From an uncultured delta proteobacterium (GTDB lineage: Bacteria; Myxococcota; Myxococcia; Myxococcales; Myxococcaceae): DNA of 64,000 bases. The stretch spans positions 352,001-416,000 of the forward strand of contig CAVZMH010000015.1 of the NCBI GenBank assembly GCA_963776345.1. The letters are read 5' to 3'. This document shows, piece after piece, positions 9,895 through 19,666 of this stretch. Under the pieces are notes generated by a model that saw nothing but the letters and a program-made list of their open reading frames with translations, was not told the DNA's origin and ran no database searches. The translations under genes and the position numbers were made by a program. Position 1 is the stretch's first letter, and each line of letters starts with the position of its first letter.

Positions 9895-10653
9895 CTACCG
9901 GCCGTGCCGTCCCTCCCCGCGCTGGAACCGGGCAGCACCAGCCCACGTTTCGCCGGCGCCGAGCGTCTCGCGTCCCCGGCGCACCTCGTTCTCCATCGCC
10001 TCCTGCTCGGGGAGGTCGAGCGACTCGAGCATCGAGAGCCGGTCGTTTCGCATGCAGGTCTGGGGGAGCGACGCCAGCTCGCGGGCAAGCTCGAGCGCAG
10101 CCTGGAGCGCCTGGCCCTCGGGAACGACCCGGTTCACCAGGCCCATGCTCCAGGCCTCCTGCGCCTGGACGGGGCGCCCGGTCAGGACCAGGTCCAGGGC
10201 CCGGCCCAGGCCCACGATGCGCGGGAGCCGCACAGTGCCCAGATCGACCAGGGGAACGCCGAAGCGGCGGCAGAAGACGCCGAGGATGGCCTCCTCGGAC
10301 GCCACCCGGAGGTCGCACCACAGCGCGAGCTCGAGCCCACCCGCGACGGCGTAGCCCTCGATGGCGGCGATGACCGGCTTGGAGAGCCGCAGCCGGGTGG
10401 GTCCCATCGGCCCGTCCCCCTCCGGGCGGATGGGGCGGGGCTCGCCCTCCGCGAGGGCCTTGAGGTCCGCGCCGGCGCAGAAGTGTCCGCCCGCGCCGGT
10501 GAGGATGGCCACCGAGGCGCTCGGGTCGCCGTCGAAGCCGCGGAACGCCGAGGAGAGCGCCACGGCGGTGGCGGCGTCGACGGCGTTCCTTCGCTCGGGT
10601 CGGTCGAGGGTGACGACGAGGACGTTGCCCTGCTGCTCGGTCCGGACGGTCAT
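9895..10653 (-). CDS. enoyl-CoA hydratase/isomerase
   Basis: FCAGADLK, KPVIAAIEGYAVAGGLELALWCDLR. Confidence 0.92.
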   Translation of the reverse strand: MTVRTEQQGNVLVVTLDRPERRNAVDAATAVALSSAFRGFDGDPSASVAILTGAGGHFCAGADLKALAEGEPRPIRPEGDGPMGPTRLRLSKPVIAAIEGYAVAGGLELALWCDLRVASEEAILGVFCRRFGVPLVDLGTVRLPRIVGLGRALDLVLTGRPVQAQEAWSMGLVNRVVPEGQALQAALELARELASLPQTCMRNDRLSMLESLDLPEQEAMENEVRRGRETLGAGETWAGAARFQRGEGRHGR

Positions 10654-10700
10654 GCCGCGGAGTGTCGCCCCGGCCGGCTGGCGAGCACCAGCCGGGGGCA

Positions 10701-11645
10701 TCAGCCGAAGGTGTAGACGAACTGGAGCTGGGTGATGCTGTCGAAGGTCCGGAGGAAGGCCTTGGACCCCGCCGGCAGGCCTGCCGGGAGCTGCGCGAGC
10801 TGCGGCTTGGCGTCGAACCTCCCGGTCCAGCTGATGTTCAGCGAGAGGCGCTCGTAGACCTGGGTGGTGAGGCCCACGAGGGCGTTCACCCGGTGGTCCT
10901 GGAAGGCGGGCACCCCTCCGGTGTCGTTCGGGTCGGGCGAGTTGGGGGCGCCAGCCTCGAGGTTGAGGTTCACCAGGTACTCGACCCCTGCGGTGAACTT
11001 GGTGGTCTTGGAGAGCTCCAGCACGTACCCCAGGGCGGCCCGGAGCGAGTGGATGGAGTAGCCGTCACCCGTGTACGGCTCGAGATAGGTGAAGTCGTAG
11101 CCGAGCTCTCCGGTGAGGCTGTGCGGCCCGGACTTGACCATCAGCGTGCTCACGCCGATCTGCCCGCCGCCGAACAGCTTCTTCCCGGCGGCGAAGTCCG
11201 AGGCGATGTTGCCGAGCAGGTAGAGCGAGGTGTCACCCGCTGCATTGCGGTGGATGAGCCACTGGTCGAAGCGCGGGGTCACGTTCCACAGCCGGGTCGT
11301 GAGCGAGCTGACCGAGTCCAGCTGATCCAGCGAGGTGACCGGCGTGGTCAGCCCGGCCGGCGCCACGTAGCTCCGCGACTGGGCGTAGGCGTAGTTCGCG
11401 GTGAGCGAGTACCGCTGCCAGACCGCGTCGCGGCTCACCTTCAGCCCCGCGCTCAGGCTCGTCGAGTCGGCATTCCCCGCGAGCCACAGCAGACCCGCCT
11501 TCGCCTCCGCTTTCCACCCGGTGTCCTTGGCGTCCTCCTTCGGCTTCTCGCCGTAGGCGAACGCCGGCGCCGCGGTGGTGTCCTGGGCCAGCGCCTGTCC
11601 TGCCACCAGCAGGACCAGGAGCCCTGCGGTTCTCACGTGCATCAT
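10701..11645 (-). CDS. DUF481-like outer-membrane beta-barrel protein
   Basis: Signal peptide MMHVRTAGLLVLLVAGQALA; amphipathic beta-strands; C-terminal LQFVYTFG (3' part of ORF 10701-13082). Confidence 0.75.
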   Translation of the reverse strand: MMHVRTAGLLVLLVAGQALAQDTTAAPAFAYGEKPKEDAKDTGWKAEAKAGLLWLAGNADSTSLSAGLKVSRDAVWQRYSLTANYAYAQSRSYVAPAGLTTPVTSLDQLDSVSSLTTRLWNVTPRFDQWLIHRNAAGDTSLYLLGNIASDFAAGKKLFGGGQIGVSTLMVKSGPHSLTGELGYDFTYLEPYTGDGYSIHSLRAALGYVLELSKTTKFTAGVEYLVNLNLEAGAPNSPDPNDTGGVPAFQDHRVNALVGLTTQVYERLSLNISWTGRFDAKPQLAQLPAGLPAGSKAFLRTFDSITQLQFVYTFG

Positions 11646-11785
11646 CGTCCCCTCCCACCCCGAGCCGTTGCTGGCTTGACGCTGCGCGCCACGGTCCTCG
11701 ACGGCAATGGACCGAATGGTCACTGAACGCTTGAGCCGGCGGCTGCCTCGCGCATCCACCATGCTCGAGCCGAAGCGACGTCCGC

Positions 11786-13030
11786 TCAGAAGGCGTAGAG
11801 GACCGCCGTCTCCACCCGGAACGCGGTGGCCGTGGGGTTGTTCACCCACTGGGTGGCCCAGTAGCTCAGCTCCAGCCCCACCCTCAGACCCGCGACGATA
11901 CGGAACAGCGCGTTGCCGAAGACCTCGGTGTTGGTCCGCCGCTCGGCGTCGGCCAGATCCTGGTCGAACGGGTCGTCGGTGCCGAAGCCGGCGTGCACCG
12001 TCCACCGGCCGCCGAACTGCTGCGTCACCTGGACCCATCCCCCGCGCGCCCGGATGGGCGCCTTCTTCACCGGATCCACCGTCTGGAGGATGCCGCCGGA
12101 GTAGTCTCCGAGGAGCTGGCCGATGAAGTACTCGCCCTCGATCAGCGTCGTGTCGCCGAGGCGCAGCGAGCCGTCGGCGACGAAGGACCAGGTCCCGTAC
12201 TGGCGCACCTCGGCCGGGGCAGTCGCGCTGGCGGCCTGGAGCACGACCTGGCGGCGGCCGACGTGGCCCGCCACCCCGCACTCGAAGAGCCGCGGGCCGT
12301 CCTCCCGTGCCGGGCCGAACGCCGCGCCGATGTGGCCCTGGAAGTCTGGCAGCCCGGTCTGGGTGGCCTGGAGATCTCCGCTCACTTGGAAGGTCTGCAC
12401 TGCCTGGGCGATCGCCGTCTGGAACGAGAGCTCGACGATGTCGGAGACGGGCTGGCGCCACTCCACGCGGAGCTGTGGCCGGTAGTCCCCGATGTCGCCC
12501 GGGATGAACGAGAGCGGATAGAAGTTCAGCGTGGCCGCGGCCCGGGGAGAGATGATGTCCGAGGCCTGCCCGACGAGGAGCCTGAGCCTCGACCAGCTGG
12601 CCTCGAGGTAGAGGTCGCGGAGCAGCGGGAGGTACGCGTTCTCGTTCAGGTAGGGGGCGTTGCTCCGGAAATCCATGTCGAGCTTCGCCTGGAGCTGCAC
12701 GGCCCCGAGCCTGGGCGGGGTGGCACTGACGCCGAGGAAGGTGTTCCCGGGCGAGACGTTGAACTGCCCGGTGGTGGCCGCCGAGTGGATCTGGACGAAG
12801 CCGGGGATGCTCCCCACCACCATGGTCGCCGAGTTGTAGTTGGCGTTGACCACCAGCTCGCCAAAGAACGACCAGCGGATGCCCAGCGCCTCGACCGAGG
12901 GCGAGGAGGCTGGCGGCGGAGCGGCCGGCGGCGGAACGGCCGGAGGAGGAGCGGGCGCCTGCGCGAGCGACGGCGTCGCGCAGAGCAGCACGCCCAGGCA
13001 TGCCCATCCCGCCGCGAGGCTCCGGTCCAG
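11786..13030 (-). CDS. outer-membrane porin (DcaP-like)
   Basis: Pro-rich linker, KLDMDF, LLVGQ, PQLRVEW, C-terminal AVLYAF; full signal peptide needs an upstream CTG start at 13030. Confidence 0.7.
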   Translation of the reverse strand: MDRSLAAGWACLGVLLCATPSLAQAPAPPPAVPPPAAPPPASSPSVEALGIRWSFFGELVVNANYNSATMVVGSIPGFVQIHSAATTGQFNVSPGNTFLGVSATPPRLGAVQLQAKLDMDFRSNAPYLNENAYLPLLRDLYLEASWSRLRLLVGQASDIISPRAAATLNFYPLSFIPGDIGDYRPQLRVEWRQPVSDIVELSFQTAIAQAVQTFQVSGDLQATQTGLPDFQGHIGAAFGPAREDGPRLFECGVAGHVGRRQVVLQAASATAPAEVRQYGTWSFVADGSLRLGDTTLIEGEYFIGQLLGDYSGGILQTVDPVKKAPIRARGGWVQVTQQFGGRWTVHAGFGTDDPFDQDLADAERRTNTEVFGNALFRIVAGLRVGLELSYWATQWVNNPTATAFRVETAVLYAF

Positions 13031-13085
13031 GTCCCCTCCTCTCCCGGGCGAGGACTTCAGCGGAGCCGGGCGCGGGAGGCAACGG

Positions 13086-14513
13086 CTACGAGGCCTCGGC
13101 CTCCTCCTCTTCCTCGTCCTCGGGCTGGGGCACCTTCACCACCGTGACGGTGCAGGGCGACTCGGCCACCACATGCGCCGAGACGCTGCCCAGGTACCTC
13201 CGGAGCGGCGAGGCGCCCCGCGCGCCGACCACCACGTGATCCACGCGATTCTCGCGGACGAAGTCGATCAGCACCGAGGCGGGGTCCGGGCCCTCCAGCA
13301 CGTGGTAGGTGAGGCGACCCTCCGCCAGCCCGAGCGGCCGGGCCCAGTCCTTGAGCTCGACCAGCCGCAGCACCCGGAGGTTCCGCCCCTCCTCGTCCAC
13401 CGTCACGTCCACCGCCAGCCGGGAGGTGCGGAGCACGCTCACGCAGGCGAGCCGCGCCCCGGGGTGCATGCTCAGCACGCGCTCGCTGGTGGTGCGGATG
13501 CTGGTCAGGAGCGCCTCGCTGCTCGCCAGGAGATCCAGGGCCACCACCACCACCGGCGAGCGGTCGATCTGCACCGCGGTGGACTGCCAGCTCTCCGCCT
13601 GCGACCCCAGGGTGCGCATCCAGCGCCGGGTGACGGTCACCATCCCGTCCTGCCTGAGCCTCCGGGCGCGGTCGGTCAGGGGGACCTGGCCGGGGTTCCG
13701 CAGCGCGAGGAGCACCTGGGCCGCGCTCTGGTAGCGCTCGCGCGGGTCGGGCTCGAGGCAGCGGAGGATGATTTCTTGAAGCCAGGCGGGGCAGCTCGGG
13801 TTCCGGGCCCGCGGGGGAACCGGGTCGCGGTACAGCCGCCTCCGCAGCCCGGTGATGCTGGTGGGGAAGCCGAAGGCCCGCTCGCCGGTGACCAGGTGGT
13901 ACAGCACCGCGCCCAGCGCGAAGAGGTCGCTCCGCGGATCGTTGCGGATCCGCAGCACCTGCTCCGGCGAGATGTAGGGCGCGGTCCCCATCGGGAGCCG
14001 GAACTGCTCGGCGAGCAGGTCCGGCAGCCGGTCGTGCCGCGAGAATCCGAAGTCGATCAACACCGCCTCCCCGGTGTCTCGGAACATCACGTTGCTGGGC
14101 TTGAGGTCGAGGTGGATCACGTGCTGCCGGTGGAGCGCGTGGAGGGCCGTGGCGATCTGGGCGCCGATGCGCGCCACCTCCTCGACGTCCAGCGGCGCCC
14201 GCTCGAGCTGGGCCCGGAGCGAGTCGCCGCGGATGAGCTCCATCACGATGTAGGGATGGGCGGAGAAGTCCCCCGAGGCGATGAAGAGCGGGACGTGGGA
14301 GCCCTGGAGGGTGGGCATGATCATCTGCTCCACCTCGAAGCCCACCATCGCCGTCGGATCGTCGCCCTCGCGGAGCCGCGGCATCTTCATCACCAGCGGC
14401 GGCTGCCCGGGGGCCGACACACGCCAGAGCGTGGCCATTCCCCCCTGGTGGATGCGCTCCTCGAGCGTGTACCCGTCGATGACCGCCCCGGGCTCGATGG
14501 CCTGCGCGCTCAC
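13086..14513 (-). CDS. bifunctional Ser/Thr protein kinase / universal stress protein
   Basis: HLDLKPSN, DFG, GTAPYISPEQ, SDLFALG; C-terminal USP VVVGARG..LGSVSAHVV..SPCTVTVV. Confidence 0.92.
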   Translation of the reverse strand: MSAQAIEPGAVIDGYTLEERIHQGGMATLWRVSAPGQPPLVMKMPRLREGDDPTAMVGFEVEQMIMPTLQGSHVPLFIASGDFSAHPYIVMELIRGDSLRAQLERAPLDVEEVARIGAQIATALHALHRQHVIHLDLKPSNVMFRDTGEAVLIDFGFSRHDRLPDLLAEQFRLPMGTAPYISPEQVLRIRNDPRSDLFALGAVLYHLVTGERAFGFPTSITGLRRRLYRDPVPPRARNPSCPAWLQEIILRCLEPDPRERYQSAAQVLLALRNPGQVPLTDRARRLRQDGMVTVTRRWMRTLGSQAESWQSTAVQIDRSPVVVVALDLLASSEALLTSIRTTSERVLSMHPGARLACVSVLRTSRLAVDVTVDEEGRNLRVLRLVELKDWARPLGLAEGRLTYHVLEGPDPASVLIDFVRENRVDHVVVGARGASPLRRYLGSVSAHVVAESPCTVTVVKVPQPEDEEEEEAEAS

Positions 14514-14547
14514 CTCAGCCCCCCGCGGGAGCGCCACCGGTCCATGC

Positions 14548-15291
14548 TCAGCTCCCCAGCTCGAGCCGCGCGCCCAGGTCTCCCGGGAGACCGGCCGCGC
14601 GGATCTTCCGCGCCGCGCGCTCGGCGTCGTAGGGGACGCGGTGGAACACCAGGACCTCGGAGGCGTCGTCGAACGTCGCGTAGCAGGCCGCCGGATTTCC
14701 GTCCCGGGGCTGCCCCACCGAGCCGGGGATGACCAGCCAGCGCCGCAGCGCGCTGAGCTTGATCGGCGTGCCGGGCACCGGCTGGAACGCGGCCACCGCG
14801 CCGTCGGCGGCCAGGTGGTAGAGCGCCGGGATGTGGGTGTGGCCGCAGAAGATCTGCCGCGCCTTCACCGCCCGGAGGCTCTGCCCGGCGTCGGCGGCCG
14901 ACAGCACGTAGGTCCACTGCGCCGGGTCGGCCGCGCTGGCATGCACCAGGAGGCGCTCGCCGCGCTCGATGGTCAGCGGGAGACCCTCGAGGAACGCCAG
15001 CTGCTCGGGGGTGAGGTGCTGGCGCGTCCAGGTCACCGCCCGCGCCGCCTCGTCCCGCATGGAAGGCTGCGGGCCACGGCTCGCCGCCTCGTCGTGGTTG
15101 CCCTTGAGCGCCAGCGCCCCCGCGGCCACCGCCGCCTGCACCCGGTCCACCACCGGTCCTGGGTCCGCGCCGTAGCCCACCAGGTCCCCGAGGAAGGCCA
15201 GCTGCTCGGCTCCCTGCCGTCGCGCGTGCTCGAGCACGGCCTCGACCGCCTCTAGGTTGCCGTGCAGGTCGGTGAGCAGGGCCAGCCGCAT
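14548..15291 (-). CDS. metallophosphoesterase (calcineurin-like)
   Basis: DLHGN, GDLVGYG, GNHD, CGHTH, PGSVGQPRDG. Confidence 0.92.
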   Translation of the reverse strand: MRLALLTDLHGNLEAVEAVLEHARRQGAEQLAFLGDLVGYGADPGPVVDRVQAAVAAGALALKGNHDEAASRGPQPSMRDEAARAVTWTRQHLTPEQLAFLEGLPLTIERGERLLVHASAADPAQWTYVLSAADAGQSLRAVKARQIFCGHTHIPALYHLAADGAVAAFQPVPGTPIKLSALRRWLVIPGSVGQPRDGNPAACYATFDDASEVLVFHRVPYDAERAARKIRAAGLPGDLGARLELGS

Positions 15292-15376
15292 CGGTCGCAT
15301 GTTCGTTGCATCGGCGCCCGGTGTCATCCGTCTCCTCTGCCGAATCCTTCCGGCAGCCGCCTGGCTCTGAGGTGAC

Positions 15377-15598
15377 ATGGACGACGCGCGGCGGAAAGAG
15401 GGCAACCAGCTCCTGGGCCTCGGCCTGGGCGTGGGCGCCTGGGGAGCGGCCAGCGGCGTGCTCCTCGGCGCGGTGTGCCCGGTCTGCGTCGTCGCGGCGC
15501 CCGCGCTGGTCGGGGTGGGCCTCTTGCGCCGGTGGCAGGCGGGCCGCTCCGGATGCCCGCCGGGCGAGGAACCGAGCAAGGAGAAACACGATGGCTGA
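15377..15598 (+). CDS. small membrane protein with CPVC motif
   Basis: SD GAGGTG before ATG; two hydrophobic segments; stop overlaps OsmC start. Confidence 0.6.
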   Translation: MDDARRKEGNQLLGLGLGVGAWGAASGVLLGAVCPVCVVAAPALVGVGLLRRWQAGRSGCPPGEEPSKEKHDG

Positions 15599-15995
15599 GA
15601 TCACCGTCACCTTCCCCGGAGGCAAACGGGTCGACGCACAGGTGGGAAATCACCACATCTCCACCGACCAGCCCCGCGCGGCGGGCGGCGACGACTCGGC
15701 GCCGGCTCCGTTCTCGCTGTTCCTGGCCTCCATCGGCACCTGCGCCGGCATCTACGTGCTCGGCTTCTGCCAGGCCCGCGGCATCGACCCGACCGGCATC
15801 ACCCTCACCCAGCGCTCGGCGACCGATCGTGAGACCGGCGTGCTGCGCTCGGTGGAGATCGACGTCCACGTCCCGGACGGCTTCCCGGCCCAGTACCGGG
15901 ACGCGGTGATCCGCGCCGCCTCGAACTGCGCGGTGAAGAAGGCCATCGCGGCCCAGCCGGAGTTCCGCATCGCGGTGACCAGCCCGCCGCCCTAG
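15591..15995 (+). CDS. OsmC family protein
   Basis: TDQP..GG.DSAPAPFSLFLASIGTCAG ... CAVKK; SD AAGGAG. Confidence 0.88.
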   Translation: MAEITVTFPGGKRVDAQVGNHHISTDQPRAAGGDDSAPAPFSLFLASIGTCAGIYVLGFCQARGIDPTGITLTQRSATDRETGVLRSVEIDVHVPDGFPAQYRDAVIRAASNCAVKKAIAAQPEFRIAVTSPPP

Positions 15996-17161
15996 GTGTG
16001 GTGGTGCAGCGACTCGACCAGATACGGGTCGTGCACGGGCTCGAGCGGCGCCGTCGCCAGCACCCGGAAGAACACCGCGGCGAACGCCGCCCCCACGCCC
16101 ACCAGCGCCCCGAGCTCGACCCAGGGCAGCGGCGGAACGCCGCGGAGCGTGGCCGGCGCGATCTGCAGCCACACGTCCAGGAAGCGGCCGAGGAGCACCA
16201 GCACCGCGACCGGGACCAGCCGCGCCGGGGTGCGCTTCGCCGCCCGGGGCAGGAGCAGCAGGAACGGCAGCACCCACCCGACCACCAGATTTCCCCAGAA
16301 GAGCGGACCCCAGCCGTTCCGCGTCCGGGCGAGGATGTACGCGGTCTCCTCGGGCAGGTTCGCGTACCAGATGAGGAGGTACTGGCTGAACCAGAGGTAC
16401 GCCCAGAAGGTCGAGAAGCCGAACAACAGCTTCCCCAGGTCGTGCAGGTGGCTCTCGTTGACCTCTGGCATGCGCCCCTCCCGGCGCAGCCAGAAGACCC
16501 CGAGGATCGCCACCGCCGTCCCGGTCAGGAGCGTGCTCCCGATGGTGTAGAAGCCGAAGATGGTGCTCGCCCAGTGCGGCTGGGCGCTCATCAGCCAGTC
16601 CACGGAGGCGAGGCTGAGGGTGTAGCCCCCCAGCAGCAGGAACACCGCCGCCAGGGCCACCGACCTCCGGGTGTGCTGCACGCGCCCGTCCGCATCCTGG
16701 GCCAGCGACTGCCGGCGCAGCATCAGGGCGAACGCGCCCCAGATGCCGAGGAAGAGCAGCATCCGGATGCCGAAGGCCGGGAGGTTGAGGTACGACGCCT
16801 TGGCCGCGATGAGCGGATCCGAGGTCGCCCCCGGACGCGCCCAGACGTAGATCCACCGCGCGCCGGGGAGCACGGCCAGGAGCGCCACCACTCCGACCGG
16901 GTTCAACGCCAGCGCCTCCAGCACCCGCTTGAAGGCGACGTGGAACCCGGCGTTGGAGACCAGGAACAGCGAGAGCAGGGCCAGCGCGCCCAGCGCTGCG
17001 GCCACGGCGAGGAACCCGGCGGCCAGCAGCGCCGACATGCCGCGGGCCGGGTCGAGGAAGAGCCCCAGCGCCAGCACCACCAGCCCGGCCACCGCGAGCG
17101 GGACCAGCAGCGCCGGCGGAGGCGGCGCGGTGGCGAGCCGGGTCTCGGTCGCTGGGCTCAT
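15992..17161 (-). CDS. actF: alternative complex III subunit F
   Basis: Multi-TM; DWLMS..PHWASTIFG, HLHDLGKLLFGFSTFWAYLWFSQYLLIWYANLPEE. Confidence 0.88.
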   Translation of the reverse strand: MSPATETRLATAPPPPALLVPLAVAGLVVLALGLFLDPARGMSALLAAGFLAVAAALGALALLSLFLVSNAGFHVAFKRVLEALALNPVGVVALLAVLPGARWIYVWARPGATSDPLIAAKASYLNLPAFGIRMLLFLGIWGAFALMLRRQSLAQDADGRVQHTRRSVALAAVFLLLGGYTLSLASVDWLMSAQPHWASTIFGFYTIGSTLLTGTAVAILGVFWLRREGRMPEVNESHLHDLGKLLFGFSTFWAYLWFSQYLLIWYANLPEETAYILARTRNGWGPLFWGNLVVGWVLPFLLLLPRAAKRTPARLVPVAVLVLLGRFLDVWLQIAPATLRGVPPLPWVELGALVGVGAAFAAVFFRVLATAPLEPVHDPYLVESLHHHT

Positions 17162-17718
17162 GGCTTCCCCCCGCCCTGCAGCTGCCGGATGTAGAGCGCC
17201 ACCTTCCACCGATCCTCCGGGCGGACCTGTGCGGCATGCGACGGCATCAGCCCCTGGCCACGGGTGATGATGTGAAAGATCTGCCCGTCGGGGAGGCTCC
17301 TGGCGTGCGACGCGGTCAGCGACGGCGGCGCGGGAAAGCGCGGCACCACCGGGCCATCGCTCTCCCCCGCCGGGCCATGGCAGGTGAAGCAGATGGTGTG
17401 GAACACCTTGTCGCCGCGGGCCAGGATCTCCGGCGTGGCGGCGAGCGGGTTCCTCAGCTCGCGGCCGGCGCGTACCGCCTCCTCTGGCCCGGCACCGTAG
17501 TGGAAGGGCTGGACCCCGCGGGCCACGCTCCCCGGCGCGGGCGACTGGAGCGTCATCCCCAGCGCAAGCACCGGGTTGGGCGAGAAGCTCTCGTAGGGCA
17601 CCGCGTCGATCATGTCCTTCACGTACTCGCGCCCCGGCTCGAGCGGATCGCTCGTCCCGCAGCCCCCGCAGCCCGAGAGACCGGTCAGGACCGACAGGAG
17701 GAGCAGGCGGACTCTCAC
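17158..17718 (-). CDS. actE: alternative complex III subunit E (monoheme cytochrome c lipoprotein)
   Basis: Lipobox LSGC; P.PGSVARG; CFTCH; DGQIFHIITRGQGLMPS; DRW. Confidence 0.88.
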   Translation of the reverse strand: MRVRLLLLSVLTGLSGCGGCGTSDPLEPGREYVKDMIDAVPYESFSPNPVLALGMTLQSPAPGSVARGVQPFHYGAGPEEAVRAGRELRNPLAATPEILARGDKVFHTICFTCHGPAGESDGPVVPRFPAPPSLTASHARSLPDGQIFHIITRGQGLMPSHAAQVRPEDRWKVALYIRQLQGGGKP

Positions 17719-18268
17719 CCCTTGACCCCCGGGAGCGCGGACAGCCGGCGGGCCGGCGCCTGCGGCTCGAGCCAGCCGGTCTCCACCGCGCCATGCTCGA
17801 GGCAGAGCGCCCGGGCCCGGCTGTCGTCCGCCACCTCCTCCAGCACCAGGGCGAAGCGGTCGTCGGTCACCCCGGGCAGGGTGTCGGCGGCACGGCCCGG
17901 CCAGAGCCTGGCGACCGCGAACAGCGCCGAGACGGTGATCAGGGACGCGCACAGCACCGTGAACTCGAAGGTGACGGGGATGTACGCCGGGATGGAGGCG
18001 AAGGGCTTTCCGCCGACGTTCAAGGGCCAGGACACGGCCGAGGTCCACCAGGCGAAGAGGAGCATGGTGGTGAGGCCGGTGAGCCCGGCGAAGAAGCACA
18101 CCTGGCTGAGCCGGGAGCGGCGCAGCCCCATCGCCGTGTCCAGGCCGTGGACCGCGTAGGGCGTGTAGACGTCGCGGATGCCGAGCCCCGCCTTGCGCAC
18201 CGCCCCGGTGGCGGCGAGGACGTCCTGCTCTCGGGTGAAGTAGGCGACGAACGGTCGGGTGGTCGGGC

Positions 18269-18272
<4 letters not shown>
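17715..18272 (-). CDS. actD: alternative complex III subunit D (DUF3341)
   Basis: [32 protein letters not shown]. Confidence 0.9.
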
Positions 18273-19662
<1,390 letters not shown>

Positions 19663-19666
<4 letters not shown>

